Of a DNA stretch of 64,000 bases, positions 21,409 through 30,967 are shown one piece after another. Every line of letters starts with the position of its first letter. The first letter of the stretch is position 1. This stretch comes from Escherichia coli. GTDB lineage: Bacteria > Pseudomonadota > Gammaproteobacteria > Enterobacterales > Enterobacteriaceae. The position numbers and the translations under genes were made by a program. The notes under the pieces were generated by a model. The model searched no databases and had not been told where the DNA came from. It was given only the letters and a program-made list of their open reading frames with translations. The stretch lies in NCBI RefSeq assembly GCF_003790525.1, contig NZ_CP033636.1; one strand, 5' to 3'.

Positions 21409-22227
21409 ATGACTCAAAACCAGGGTTCTGAGCCAGTACCGGCGAGCCGGACAGGGCAGCTCATCAGCGCCCGGGATATGGCCATGCAGAAATTCGAAGA
21501 AGGGATGCGGTTAATCTCGGAAGCGTCGGAACTGTGCGGTCTCTCTCTCTTCACCAGCAGAATTATGCAGCCCAACGCATTTGGTCTTCCGTCGTCACTG
21601 GATCGCACCATCGAGGAGGGGCGTAAGGAAATTGACCGTAAAACGTGGAAAAGGCTCTTTGAAGAAACAGGTATGGACCGGTACTGGAACCATAAGCAAA
21701 AAGAAGCCTTTAACGAATCCCTTCGTACGGATCCGCCCGTCGCTTCCCTGGAGATTGTTAAGGGAACATTACAGCATGCACTGGCTAACAGACGAGACAC
21801 CCTTGCAGAAGGTTTCGTTGATGTTCTCAACAAGCTTGACCGAAGTTTCAAAAGCAATGCCAGGCAATATACAATGCCAAAAAAGCTTGTTCTTCGGGGG
21901 ATTTTTCCTGGTGTGAACGTGCTGAGGTACAACGGTTTCTCGCAGGACAATCACTTTTGTTTACGCGACTTTGAGAATATTGTATGCATCTGTTCTGATA
22001 CTCCAACACCTGCAACCGGCGGTGGGCTGAGTATGGTCGACAGGCTGACGGCCATGAGAAATACAGAATTCACAGGCGAGGTCAGTGATGAGAATGGCTG
22101 GCGGTGTCGCCTGTTTGAGAATGGAAACGTTCATATTTGCATCGACAGTATCTCGCTTCTGAATGCTCTGAACGATCTTATCAGCATATATTTTGCAAAC
22201 CAGCTTCCGGCCGCAGGAAAAAAATGA
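21409..22227 (+). CDS. hypothetical protein (272 aa), first gene of a two-gene operon
   Basis: ATG at 21409 preceded by GGAG; stop overlaps next start (ATGATGA); low-GC island. Confidence 0.5.
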   Translation: MTQNQGSEPVPASRTGQLISARDMAMQKFEEGMRLISEASELCGLSLFTSRIMQPNAFGLPSSLDRTIEEGRKEIDRKTWKRLFEETGMDRYWNHKQKEAFNESLRTDPPVASLEIVKGTLQHALANRRDTLAEGFVDVLNKLDRSFKSNARQYTMPKKLVLRGIFPGVNVLRYNGFSQDNHFCLRDFENIVCICSDTPTPATGGGLSMVDRLTAMRNTEFTGEVSDENGWRCRLFENGNVHICIDSISLLNALNDLISIYFANQLPAAGKK

Positions 22228-23429
22228 TGATTGAAAATGATAAAGAAAAAAGCCTGAACGATGCTACCCCGCCAGAGGTGCAGAATGACATCCGCAGCGA
22301 ATCCACTGAAAAATCAAAGGAAATGGGTCGTTCAAGGTACTCATCTATCGCGATGATCGATTACTTCAATGCAATCGAACGTCTGTGCAAAGAGAAAGAA
22401 ATTAACCCGGAAAATATCGATCTGAGCTTCAAAGTTCACTGGCTCAGAAACGCTGTTGGCGGCTCGTTTGCAAGGTCACAGGAGATGTTCGCGGAGTACC
22501 AGAAGTATGTTAAAGAGGTTCCTGAAGAGGCCCGTTACCTGGATATACCCGATGAGGTAAAGGTTGCACTCGGCGATATTATCTCGTACATCACCTGGCA
22601 CTACCGTAGAAGCTATACCGCAATACAGAATGATAGTGTTAAAAAAGCTGAAGCACGTAGCATGCAGCTGGAGGAGGAGGTAACGCAGCTGTTACAGCGG
22701 CTTGAGCAAAGCGCTACCGATATGGATGAGCTGAAACTTGAGAATCAGGCACTACAGGGTCGATTAGAGATCCGGGACAGTACCGTCAAGGAGTTAGAAA
22801 CAAGGCTGAATGTTGCCGAAGCAGAACTCGAAACCTGCCATCACCAGTTAGATAGCACACGGCATGAATTGAGCCTCGCACAGCAGTCAAATGACTCACT
22901 CTCCCAGCAACTGGCTGAACGTAAAACAGAGATCGCTGGTCACCTTGAATATCAAAAAAAGCTGAACGAAGAGATCAACACGCAGCGTTCTGATAACGCC
23001 GGTCTTTCCAGACAATGCGACCAGTTAAGTCAGACTGTGTCAGATACAAAGGCAGAGAGGGACAGGTTTGAACAGGAATTGATTGCTGCACAGAACCTTT
23101 GTACTGAGCTGAAAAGTGCACTGTCCGGGAAAGAGGGTGACCTGGTGGCGGTGAATGCCGAGCTTACTGAACTCCATAAACTAAACGAGTCGCTGAGCGC
23201 CGACCTGAATAAAGTAACTTTGGTCAGCCAGGGCTATGAAGCGGAAGTGGCTGAACAAAGCAATGAACTCAAAACGCTCCAGGCCAAAGTAATGAAGCTG
23301 GAAGCTACCCTGGAGGCGGAGAAAACAATCTCAGAATCCCTAAAAGGCACCATTGATACATTAACTGGTGCAATGGCAGGGGGAGGTACTGGAAAGTCAA
23401 AACAGCCGCGTAGCAGAAAAACATCATGA
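22224..23429 (+). CDS. coiled-coil protein (401 aa), KfrA-like architecture
   Basis: Long heptad-rich, Q/E/L/K-rich central region (…LEEEVTQLLQRLEQSATDMDELKLENQALQGRLEIRDSTVKELETRLNVAEAELE…) after a globular N-terminus; translationally coupled to upstream gene. Confidence 0.5.
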   Translation: MMIENDKEKSLNDATPPEVQNDIRSESTEKSKEMGRSRYSSIAMIDYFNAIERLCKEKEINPENIDLSFKVHWLRNAVGGSFARSQEMFAEYQKYVKEVPEEARYLDIPDEVKVALGDIISYITWHYRRSYTAIQNDSVKKAEARSMQLEEEVTQLLQRLEQSATDMDELKLENQALQGRLEIRDSTVKELETRLNVAEAELETCHHQLDSTRHELSLAQQSNDSLSQQLAERKTEIAGHLEYQKKLNEEINTQRSDNAGLSRQCDQLSQTVSDTKAERDRFEQELIAAQNLCTELKSALSGKEGDLVAVNAELTELHKLNESLSADLNKVTLVSQGYEAEVAEQSNELKTLQAKVMKLEATLEAEKTISESLKGTIDTLTGAMAGGGTGKSKQPRSRKTS

Positions 23430-23482
23430 TAAATGAAGCCAGGTTGATACACTTCTCTGCATCCCCTGGCACATAAGAACTT

Positions 23483-23507
23483 CTGCGGACATTCAGCCCG
23501 TCCGCAG
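23483..23507 (+). terminator. putative rho-independent terminator after the coiled-coil gene
   Basis: CTGCGGAC-ATTCAGCCC-GTCCGCAG stem-loop followed by GAGTTTTCG. Confidence 0.45.
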
Positions 23508-23708
23508 GAGTTTTCGTCCTTCAGTCAACAAATGCACTACCTTTTTTGAGTCTCCACTTTCCAGAGCAGAAAACACGTTACCGATTCTACCAACAGCTTG
23601 TATCTGAGTGATAACCCCAGTCTTGTAATCATCTAGGATCCCTGACAGGAAAGCGTTCAGTTTTGTCTGTTCGCTTAGCGAAAGCATGTAGGACATTTTT
23701 TCTCCATT

Positions 23709-25028
23709 TTAAGCAGGTGTGTCAGTTGAAAGAGGTTTGCGTGATTCTGGAAAATGAGGCAGCACCATAGTTTCAGATGCTGTGGTCGCATCCCAGTGCC
23801 ACCATCCATAAGGCCCATATTCACGGTTGTAATAATCTTTTTTGAGTTGCTTTCGGGCCAGATAAGCAGGAGTGGCCATACCAAATACTTCCATCGGGAA
23901 CGGCTTATCGCTTTTTGTGTCGAGCAGGTAGAAGTCAGGGAACACCTCACTAATACTCGCATCATAACGCATGGGCTTAACGTACTGCCGGTGCTCTGCA
24001 TCCAGCTTTTCTGCAACAACCGCCTCATAGGAGGAGTCCAGAGGTATCCAGTTCTCGCTAACGTGCATCAGCACAATTTGATGAGCTCTTACAGAAGGGC
24101 CTCTGCCGGTTACCGCAGCTGGTGACGTCAACGCAAAGACAACTATTTTCGCCCCGGATTTCCATGCTGCGTACTCCGATGAAAATCGTTTCTTTACGCT
24201 ATCCCAATGGACTTCTGAATTGAAAAAAATCAGCGGTAGCCCCCCAAAATTCCGCAGGGGTAAAAATTTAAGTGGCTTCTCATGCTTTTCAGCATCGTAG
24301 CGAGGTAAAACTGACAGGAGCATGAGACGTTTATCACTCATCGCCTGTGATGAAAGACGCTGAATTTGCGACTGAGCGACAGGTTGTTTCGGGTCAGGTA
24401 CACCAATGAATAAATGGTCACCTATGCAGGCTCTGCCGGTACGAATTTGTTTAGCGGTTTCAAGCAGACGATACCGTACCAGTGAATCGTTACGTTTCCC
24501 TGCCATTTTCGGGTACCAGACATTCAGACCAGACTCTGTCCACAAAAGACTAAGCAAGCCCAGGAGGGTCATTGAGGCCTGACCTCCTTCTGGTCGCTGA
24601 ACATGGGGCAGGGGAGGCACTTCTGATTTTTCAGGAGGATCTTTCTCTGTCATACCGATACCGAGCCTTACAGCCATATCACCTTCGGTTGTAATCCGGA
24701 CCACACCACTCGCATATCCTTTCAGGCCGGTATGCCGGGCATCAAGGGAGAAGAATACACAGGAAGGATCATGCTCAATGCCCGTGTTAGCGGCTTTGAC
24801 GAGAATAAAGGCATCACCGTTCGGTAAAGCACGAACATAAAGTCGCTTTTCTCCTTTTCCACGACATCCGCAGGTGATGACTGATTTTTGACCTGAGGTG
24901 TGGTGTGCCTTTTTAAGAGCCGACTGCCACCCTTTAGCAAACTCATCCTGCGTTTGAAAGTCAGGTGAATACCTTTTGACGTTTGGATCGTCGTCGTAAG
25001 CAATCATCACTGCGAATTTTTGGCTCAT
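23709..25028 (-). CDS. hypothetical protein (439 aa), last large gene of methyltransferase operon; candidate effector/restriction component
   Basis: SD AGGAGA 8 bp upstream of ATG; contains CGCRGKG and other Cys/His-containing segments; no confidently recognisable nuclease motif by eye. Confidence 0.6.
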   Translation of the reverse strand: MSQKFAVMIAYDDDPNVKRYSPDFQTQDEFAKGWQSALKKAHHTSGQKSVITCGCRGKGEKRLYVRALPNGDAFILVKAANTGIEHDPSCVFFSLDARHTGLKGYASGVVRITTEGDMAVRLGIGMTEKDPPEKSEVPPLPHVQRPEGGQASMTLLGLLSLLWTESGLNVWYPKMAGKRNDSLVRYRLLETAKQIRTGRACIGDHLFIGVPDPKQPVAQSQIQRLSSQAMSDKRLMLLSVLPRYDAEKHEKPLKFLPLRNFGGLPLIFFNSEVHWDSVKKRFSSEYAAWKSGAKIVVFALTSPAAVTGRGPSVRAHQIVLMHVSENWIPLDSSYEAVVAEKLDAEHRQYVKPMRYDASISEVFPDFYLLDTKSDKPFPMEVFGMATPAYLARKQLKKDYYNREYGPYGWWHWDATTASETMVLPHFPESRKPLSTDTPA

Positions 25029-25050
25029 AGTAGTCTCCTAAACAGGAAGT

Positions 25051-25218
25051 TTAATATCCCAACCAGAGCAACACTTCCTGAGCGTCATACTGTTCCTTTA
25101 CGCCCATGTCGCTAAAGAATTCTTCGAAATCTGTTTCGGGAACGCAATGCCTGGACAGTTCTTGTAATGCTCGTTCTTTAGATACCGTCTCACCTTCAGC
25201 TGATTCGAAATACGTCAT
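25051..25218 (-). CDS. small hypothetical protein (55 aa) between methyltransferase and 439-aa gene
   Basis: Own translation of minus strand: MTYFESAEGETVSKERALQELSRHCVPETDFEEFFSDMGVKEQYDAQEVLLWLGY; not in supplied ORF track (below length cut-off). Confidence 0.4.
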   Translation of the reverse strand: MTYFESAEGETVSKERALQELSRHCVPETDFEEFFSDMGVKEQYDAQEVLLWLGY

Positions 25219-25278
25219 GGTTGACCTCTGACATTATTACAACAATCTTAAGCATTTAAATTGATGAAGGAGCTCAGG

Positions 25279-26706
25279 TCAGCTGACTTCGTCGTAAAAC
25301 TGCCGCAAGCGCTGGGAGGCTGCAAATTCAATTCGTGACTTCAGCAGTTTGGCGACGGCCGCAAAGACATCAACGACCACGGAGTTCCCAAACTGTCTGT
25401 AAGCCTGTGTATTGGACACAGGGATACGGAAAACACTTTCCCCGGGTTTATCGAAGCCCATTAGCCTGCTGCATTCACGTGGCGTTAGCATGCGTGGCCG
25501 ACGGTCCATGTTGTATGTGTTATGGAAATCAGTTTCTCCCAGTTCATGAGACCAGCCCCGATCAATAAGAATTTCAGATCCGTCTTTCATATAGCGGCTT
25601 GAGAGGGTTCTGGTGACACTATTAACATTGGAAGGATCTACTAGTCCAAAACCAAAACCATTGCCTTTTGCCGCATGTTTCTTTGCATAGTTGTATAAGT
25701 ACTCCCAGAGTTTAGGGGAGAGGATGTATTTACTATCTACGCTCGGATCCAGTAAATCTGAGAGAGAAGGGCGCTTGTCCGGATAAAAGTCTTTAATGTC
25801 TCTCAGAGTAAAACCGTCTTTCAGACGTAGGTCGCGGCGAAAACCAATAAGGACGATACGTTCACGGTGCTGGGGTCGGAAATGACGGCCATCGATGACT
25901 TTAGGATCATCCGCGCCCGTGCTTTCGCTGTTTGCGACGTCGTAGCCAAGCTCATCGAGCGTTTTCATGATGATGTTAAAGGTATTACCCTTATCGTGAC
26001 TCTTCAGATTTTTTACGTTTTCCAGAACAAAAATTGCAGGTTGTTTTGCCCGGATGATCCTGGCCACATCAAAGAAGAGCGTACCCTGAGTGTCGCACTC
26101 GAAACCGTGTTTGCGACCCATAGAGTTCTTTTTACTGACACCGGCGATGCTGAATGGCTGGCATGGAAATCCCGCAAGAAGAACATCATGATCCGGGATA
26201 GAGGCATCGATAAATTTGTATGCCTCGTCATCAGTAACCTCGGGCCGGTTGCTAAGAGTGATGTCACGGATGTCTGAATTGAAGCGGTGCTCGTTCTCAT
26301 CGCAATACCAGTTCGCCCGGTAAGTACGGCTGGAATAAGTATTCCATTCGCTCGTGAAAAGACATTTACCACCGATGGCATCAAATCCGCTTCGCAGTCC
26401 ACCTATCCCTGCAAACAGATCGATAAAGCTAAAGTGCCTGTCCTCATAATCAGCAGGTCGTGAAGGTATTAAAGTCTGTAGATAGCGTCCATCTGCGATA
26501 CTCAGCTCACAATGCTCAGGTATGCATGTAACCTGACGTTTAAGGGATGCACGGGACCAATTACTGCCATTTTCATCATTTAATACCTGAGCCAGATATT
26601 TCAGGTCATAAATGGTCGAAGCTGTTAACAAAGTTTTGTGGATCAGAGATGGTGTTTTATCCACATCATTCAGGTCTGTCTCAAGATCATGAGTGTAACG
26701 TTTCAT
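25279..26706 (-). CDS. DNA (cytosine-5)-methyltransferase with ~100-aa N-terminal extension
   Basis: Motif [16 protein letters not shown], motif [13 protein letters not shown], motif VI ENVKNL, motif X QFGNSV; ATG at 26706 chosen (longer ORF to 26748 uses a GTG). Confidence 0.85.
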   Translation of the reverse strand: MKRYTHDLETDLNDVDKTPSLIHKTLLTASTIYDLKYLAQVLNDENGSNWSRASLKRQVTCIPEHCELSIADGRYLQTLIPSRPADYEDRHFSFIDLFAGIGGLRSGFDAIGGKCLFTSEWNTYSSRTYRANWYCDENEHRFNSDIRDITLSNRPEVTDDEAYKFIDASIPDHDVLLAGFPCQPFSIAGVSKKNSMGRKHGFECDTQGTLFFDVARIIRAKQPAIFVLENVKNLKSHDKGNTFNIIMKTLDELGYDVANSESTGADDPKVIDGRHFRPQHRERIVLIGFRRDLRLKDGFTLRDIKDFYPDKRPSLSDLLDPSVDSKYILSPKLWEYLYNYAKKHAAKGNGFGFGLVDPSNVNSVTRTLSSRYMKDGSEILIDRGWSHELGETDFHNTYNMDRRPRMLTPRECSRLMGFDKPGESVFRIPVSNTQAYRQFGNSVVVDVFAAVAKLLKSRIEFAASQRLRQFYDEVS

Positions 26707-26917
26707 CCAAACTCTCTCAGGAATAATATCTTTGAGATAGATTAACACGCTTAATTTGGATTATTTTTTGGTTCAGGTTCTAAATTTATTGTGATTATTC
26801 TGCCTTTAAGTTGCAAAAAGATTGGTTTTAAGCCCGCCCATGAAATAATGACTTGTTAAAATACTGCCTGTAAATAGGCTTGTGGATACATGTCTGTACT
26901 CAACAAATCAAGGTGAA

Positions 26918-27436
26918 ATGATGTTTTTTTTAACAAAGTTACTTTTGCCCATCATGATTGTTGTATTCCCAGTGGCGTCCTGGGGGAACTCAACAACTTT
27001 TGAGGCAAAGGTGGTTAAGATTGTTGACGGTGACACCATAACTGCGTTGGATGCTCAAAACACAACCATCAAAATACGGATGTATGGTATAGACGCTCCT
27101 GAATCTAAACAGGCTTTTGGCCAAAAAGCAAAACAGGCCTTAACCACAGCTATAGCAACTAAAATCGTTACCGTGATAGACCATGGTACGGATATCTATG
27201 GCCGTATGTTAGGTACCATCTGGTTAGATGGATATGATATCAATGCCTCTATGGTGGACAGTGGATATGCGTGGGTTTATCGGTTCGAAGATAACGCCAT
27301 TGTCCCTGGCTATATCAAATATGAATCCGCAGCACAAAAGGAGGCAAAAGGGTTATGGGCAGACACCAACCCTGTCCCACCATGGCAGTGGAGACAGGCA
27401 AACGAAAAGCCCAGAAAGGTGAAAGAGAAGAAATAA
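26918..27436 (+). CDS. nuc: secreted thermonuclease (staphylococcal nuclease / SNase family)
   Basis: Signal peptide MMFFLTKLLLPIMIVVFPVASWG; SNase motifs VDGDT, RMYGIDAPE, YGR, GLW; SD AAGGTG upstream. Confidence 0.8.
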   Translation: MMFFLTKLLLPIMIVVFPVASWGNSTTFEAKVVKIVDGDTITALDAQNTTIKIRMYGIDAPESKQAFGQKAKQALTTAIATKIVTVIDHGTDIYGRMLGTIWLDGYDINASMVDSGYAWVYRFEDNAIVPGYIKYESAAQKEAKGLWADTNPVPPWQWRQANEKPRKVKEKK

Positions 27437-27438
27437 CC

Positions 27439-28335
27439 ATGATGAAAGAGCCTCATCCGTTACTTCAGTTGGTACTAAACGATTCCGGTCGTCTAACCAT
27501 GCCTGTTTATTATAGAGATCAACAGTATTGCCCGACTTGCCTTACAAAGGTGTTGAAGAGTGAGGATGGAAGTTTGGCGCACCTCGGGGAAATAAATCAA
27601 AATACATGTAGACCTTCTATTTCAGTAGTTGTGACAAAAGCAATTATTGAAATGTTATGTGACGGGGAAAAAATATATGTAAATCCAATACGACACCGAG
27701 GCCGGGTGCTGGCACCCTCAGTAATTTTTTCTCCCGACACTCACACTTTCAAACCGTTTATAAATACAGACTATCAGCCTGTGGGAGCAAACTGGAAAAG
27801 TGAAAAGGGATATAAACTCGGTCTGTTTTATCTCAAAGATCGAGCCAACTCTATCAATAAAGAGGAATTTGATTTCATTGCCGTTATAGACCCTGAGGCA
27901 ATGCAGAAAGAATTTATTTCGGCCTGGTCTGAGGTTGATGAAAAAAATCCATTGGAAACGCTGAAGCAGATCTTACGATCTAAAAACAACTCTTCTTTAT
28001 GGGTAAAATGGCCTGGCAAAATTGAGCATGCGCAAAAAGGAAATTACAACGAAAATTACTGGTTCGATTATCAATCTGATAATCAGGAAGTGAACTGTAC
28101 GGTCTCTGTTGTAGGTATCGAAGGTAACAGTTCCGGTGAGACAATTTATAGATTGCAAACTTTGCTAAAGCGTAAGCTCAATGAATATCAACTGGTTCGG
28201 TCTTTAGGAACTATTATGCTTCTTGATAATACCGGGAATATGATTCCATCAAACCATCCTTATTTTGAAGTCATCTCAAAAGCATGTATAAATGGAGTGC
28301 GTGACTTTGTTCGTCAAAACCCGTGGGTAGTCTGA
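27439..28335 (+). CDS. hypothetical protein (298 aa)
   Basis: Starts 2 nt after nuclease stop; no recognisable motif. Confidence 0.5.
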   Translation: MMKEPHPLLQLVLNDSGRLTMPVYYRDQQYCPTCLTKVLKSEDGSLAHLGEINQNTCRPSISVVVTKAIIEMLCDGEKIYVNPIRHRGRVLAPSVIFSPDTHTFKPFINTDYQPVGANWKSEKGYKLGLFYLKDRANSINKEEFDFIAVIDPEAMQKEFISAWSEVDEKNPLETLKQILRSKNNSSLWVKWPGKIEHAQKGNYNENYWFDYQSDNQEVNCTVSVVGIEGNSSGETIYRLQTLLKRKLNEYQLVRSLGTIMLLDNTGNMIPSNHPYFEVISKACINGVRDFVRQNPWVV

Positions 28336-28382
28336 CGGTCAACTATAAAGCATAATATAATTAGTAATAACAAGGAACAGAC

Positions 28383-28790
28383 ATGAATGAAAACTCAGTA
28401 ATCTTAATAAGTTTATTTTGGTTTTTTTTGGGATCGAGTGTTGTAGCTGGTTTTATGGATGCATCATTATATTGCTGGATTTTTGCAGCCATAAGCGCAT
28501 TGTTTCTTCTTTCGGTGATACAAACACCAAAGGAGTTAACGGTATCTATTAGTCATATGACAAGCAAAACGCTGATCTCAAAGACAGATGATGGATACAC
28601 ATTTAGCATTTCACCTTACGGAGACGGGTACCGCTTATCAGTCTCGCCTGAAAATCGTCACAATGGTACCCAAAGCTTTGACGGCTGGTTCCCACGTTTT
28701 TTTTCCGAACCACAGTATGCCAAATCATCTTTAACTAAATTTCTCGGTGAGTCCTTAGTATGGGAAGAAGATTCAAGTAATGCTCTATGA
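28383..28790 (+). CDS. hypothetical membrane protein (135 aa, two N-terminal hydrophobic helices)
   Basis: SD AAGGA upstream; hydrophobic N-terminus ILISLFWFFLGSSVVAGF... Confidence 0.45.
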   Translation: MNENSVILISLFWFFLGSSVVAGFMDASLYCWIFAAISALFLLSVIQTPKELTVSISHMTSKTLISKTDDGYTFSISPYGDGYRLSVSPENRHNGTQSFDGWFPRFFSEPQYAKSSLTKFLGESLVWEEDSSNAL

Positions 28791-28835
28791 GATTACTTAT
28801 TATAAATTTTTCTATTAATCTCCATGGAGTGATAT

Positions 28836-29090
28836 ATGAATTTGGCCTATTTTTTATTTTTGTCTATAACTGTTATGCTTACGAGCTTTATTATTAAATC
28901 ACTTGTCGTATTGGTAAAGTTCAAATTACTTCGTGATGAACGTCTCGAATATACCAGCAATAAAAATATTGATGAGATGTACGATTTAATGAATGCGAAG
29001 GAAGAAATCCTCATAAGGCATCATAAGCAGATGTTGGCATTGCATCTTTCACTATTAATATTCGTTCTATTTATTGCTTACATTTACTAA
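28836..29090 (+). CDS. small hypothetical membrane protein (84 aa)
   Basis: SD GGAG upstream; two hydrophobic segments. Confidence 0.4.
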   Translation: MNLAYFLFLSITVMLTSFIIKSLVVLVKFKLLRDERLEYTSNKNIDEMYDLMNAKEEILIRHHKQMLALHLSLLIFVLFIAYIY

Positions 29091-29127
29091 AAATAATTTT
29101 ATTCAACATTTCAACAAAGGGTTTTCA

Positions 29128-29415
29128 ATGGAAAGCTTCGAAACTGAACAAATGATTCAATATGCTTTCTACATAAATATCGTAATAACGACTGGTTTGG
29201 CATGGTTTTGCTTGCGGTCAGGATTGCATTACAATTTTTTCAGAAAAGCAGAGAGTGCCAGAACAAAAGGGCTGAGTAGTACCTCTACTGAACACGGTCC
29301 AGCAATAGTGAGACTAAAGAAGCTACAAGCATTAGTAGATTTTATTAGTAACTGTGCTTTTCTAATCCTTTCAATTGGCACAGCTTATATTTTGTATGTT
29401 TGGAGCCACAGTTAA
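29128..29415 (+). CDS. small hypothetical membrane protein (95 aa)
   Basis: ATG at 29128 within longer TTG-initiated ORF; two hydrophobic segments. Confidence 0.4.
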   Translation: MESFETEQMIQYAFYINIVITTGLAWFCLRSGLHYNFFRKAESARTKGLSSTSTEHGPAIVRLKKLQALVDFISNCAFLILSIGTAYILYVWSHS

Positions 29416-29484
29416 CTCATACGAGGTAACTTCGGCAGGTAACAACTTCTAATGCAGGACTTTAATAACTCTAAGGGATTCTAC

Positions 29485-29682
29485 ATGAAAAAAGACGATC
29501 TAATTACGCGTTGTAAATTACTTAAAGGCGAACGCGATGAGTCTATCTTTACCATATTAATTGGGATAGTAGTAAAGCTGGGGCTGGTAGGCCTGGCATT
29601 CTATCTGTTGCTTGGTTCCACGATTGATTGGTCAAGCTGGAAAACTTATGCCGCCATGTTGATCTTGGGAGCATTTCTCTAA
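29485..29682 (+). CDS. small hypothetical membrane protein (65 aa)
   Basis: MKKDDLITRCKLLKGERDESIFTILIGIVVKLGLVGLAFYLLLG...; SD AAGGGA upstream. Confidence 0.35.
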   Translation: MKKDDLITRCKLLKGERDESIFTILIGIVVKLGLVGLAFYLLLGSTIDWSSWKTYAAMLILGAFL

Positions 29683-29794
29683 AATCTTGAACCTTTTTTC
29701 ACTCATTACAAGCCATGACCTAGTGCGTAGATCATACGATCTTTAAACCTTATGTCATTGATTTATAAGTACATATAACAAAGATTATGTTAAA

Positions 29795-29812
29795 TACTGT
29801 ATGTATGTACAG
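29795..29812. promoter_or_regulatory. LexA-box-like palindrome (CTGT-N8-ACAG)
   Basis: TACTGTATGTATGTACAG about 200 bp upstream of the 30019 gene; could be chance in AT-rich DNA. Confidence 0.35.
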
Positions 29813-30018
29813 CATCAACAGTTGCCCCCCTCATATTGAGGTAATTGCTACATTCATACCACTATTCTTCTTATAGTATCGACATCCTGAATTATTGCAC
29901 CCTACTGCTTTGTCTTTAGCTGTTCCGAATTAAAATTCATTGCTCAATTTGGATCACATGACGATCAGCGTATTCCTTTGCTTTATCAAAGTTAAGTTTT
30001 TAAAACATAAGATATGTA

Positions 30019-30480
30019 ATGACAAATTCTCAATCTGATTTTCCTTTGAACGATCAAAATTTTCAGGCAGATTTGCTGAAAATCAAAAAGGTTTTCGCCG
30101 ACCTTATAACGCAGGCATCAGATGGTAAGATACCCATAAGGTCTTCTCATGTACACGGCTTACACCATTTCGAGGAGCTCTACATCCGGGCAAGAGCAGG
30201 CATGTGTTCGGTCCTGGGATATCCGGTCATGGTTGTTTCAACTATCTCAGTTAAAGAGCCCGGCACAGGCATTTTTAGAGCGCTTCTTGCAGAATTGAAA
30301 TGTATTGCAGATGAACAAAATTACATTTTGAAAATTGAAAATGTACTGCCTCCCCTATTCCGCAAATACCTTATTCAAGAAGGTTTTGTTTTCCCAGGTG
30401 AACCTTGGATGTGTGGTTCCGGCTATTGGTTTAAGAACCCACAAGTACTTCATGAAAATATTGAGTTATTATCTGTTTAA
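30019..30480 (+). CDS. hypothetical protein (153 aa), possible GNAT-like fold
   Basis: Segment VMVVSTISVKEPGTGIFRALLAEL loosely resembles acetyltransferase motif A; weak. Confidence 0.4.
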   Translation: MTNSQSDFPLNDQNFQADLLKIKKVFADLITQASDGKIPIRSSHVHGLHHFEELYIRARAGMCSVLGYPVMVVSTISVKEPGTGIFRALLAELKCIADEQNYILKIENVLPPLFRKYLIQEGFVFPGEPWMCGSGYWFKNPQVLHENIELLSV

Positions 30481-30509
30481 GTCGATCTAACAATTTCACT
30501 GGAGCTAAC

Positions 30510-30917
30510 ATGTCCCCGGAATTGGTATCAGACATTGCAAGAGTGGCGCATGAAAAGCTACTTTCAATTTTAACGGAGTGCGGCATAGAGAAGACGGCAG
30601 GCACTTGCCTTTTTGCAAGCTATCTTGTGTGTTATTTAGCAAAAACTAAAGGTCTAGATGCTGTTGTCCGTGGGGGTAACGGTGCAGATGATGGCGGTAT
30701 ATTTATAGAGTGTGGTGGCTTTGGCCATTATTGGTGTGAGTTGAATTTCGAAGAAGTGCAATATTATATTGACATCACTTCCGAACAGTTTGGGTTTCAT
30801 CCATACATAGTGAAACTCGCCAACGATATAACAGGATGGCCTCGATATATTCCTGGTGATCAGGAAACGGTCGATAGTCATTTAGAACAATTATTACGCG
30901 ACGGCTATACAGAATAG
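30510..30917 (+). CDS. hypothetical protein (135 aa), possible Cys/His hydrolase
   Basis: SD GGAG upstream; candidate catalytic Cys (AGTCLFASY) and His (GGFGHYWCE); speculative. Confidence 0.4.
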   Translation: MSPELVSDIARVAHEKLLSILTECGIEKTAGTCLFASYLVCYLAKTKGLDAVVRGGNGADDGGIFIECGGFGHYWCELNFEEVQYYIDITSEQFGFHPYIVKLANDITGWPRYIPGDQETVDSHLEQLLRDGYTE

Positions 30918-30967
30918 GCTGCGTATACCCTATCGCAGCCTTTCAGGCTCTTAACCCTTGTGACCTG

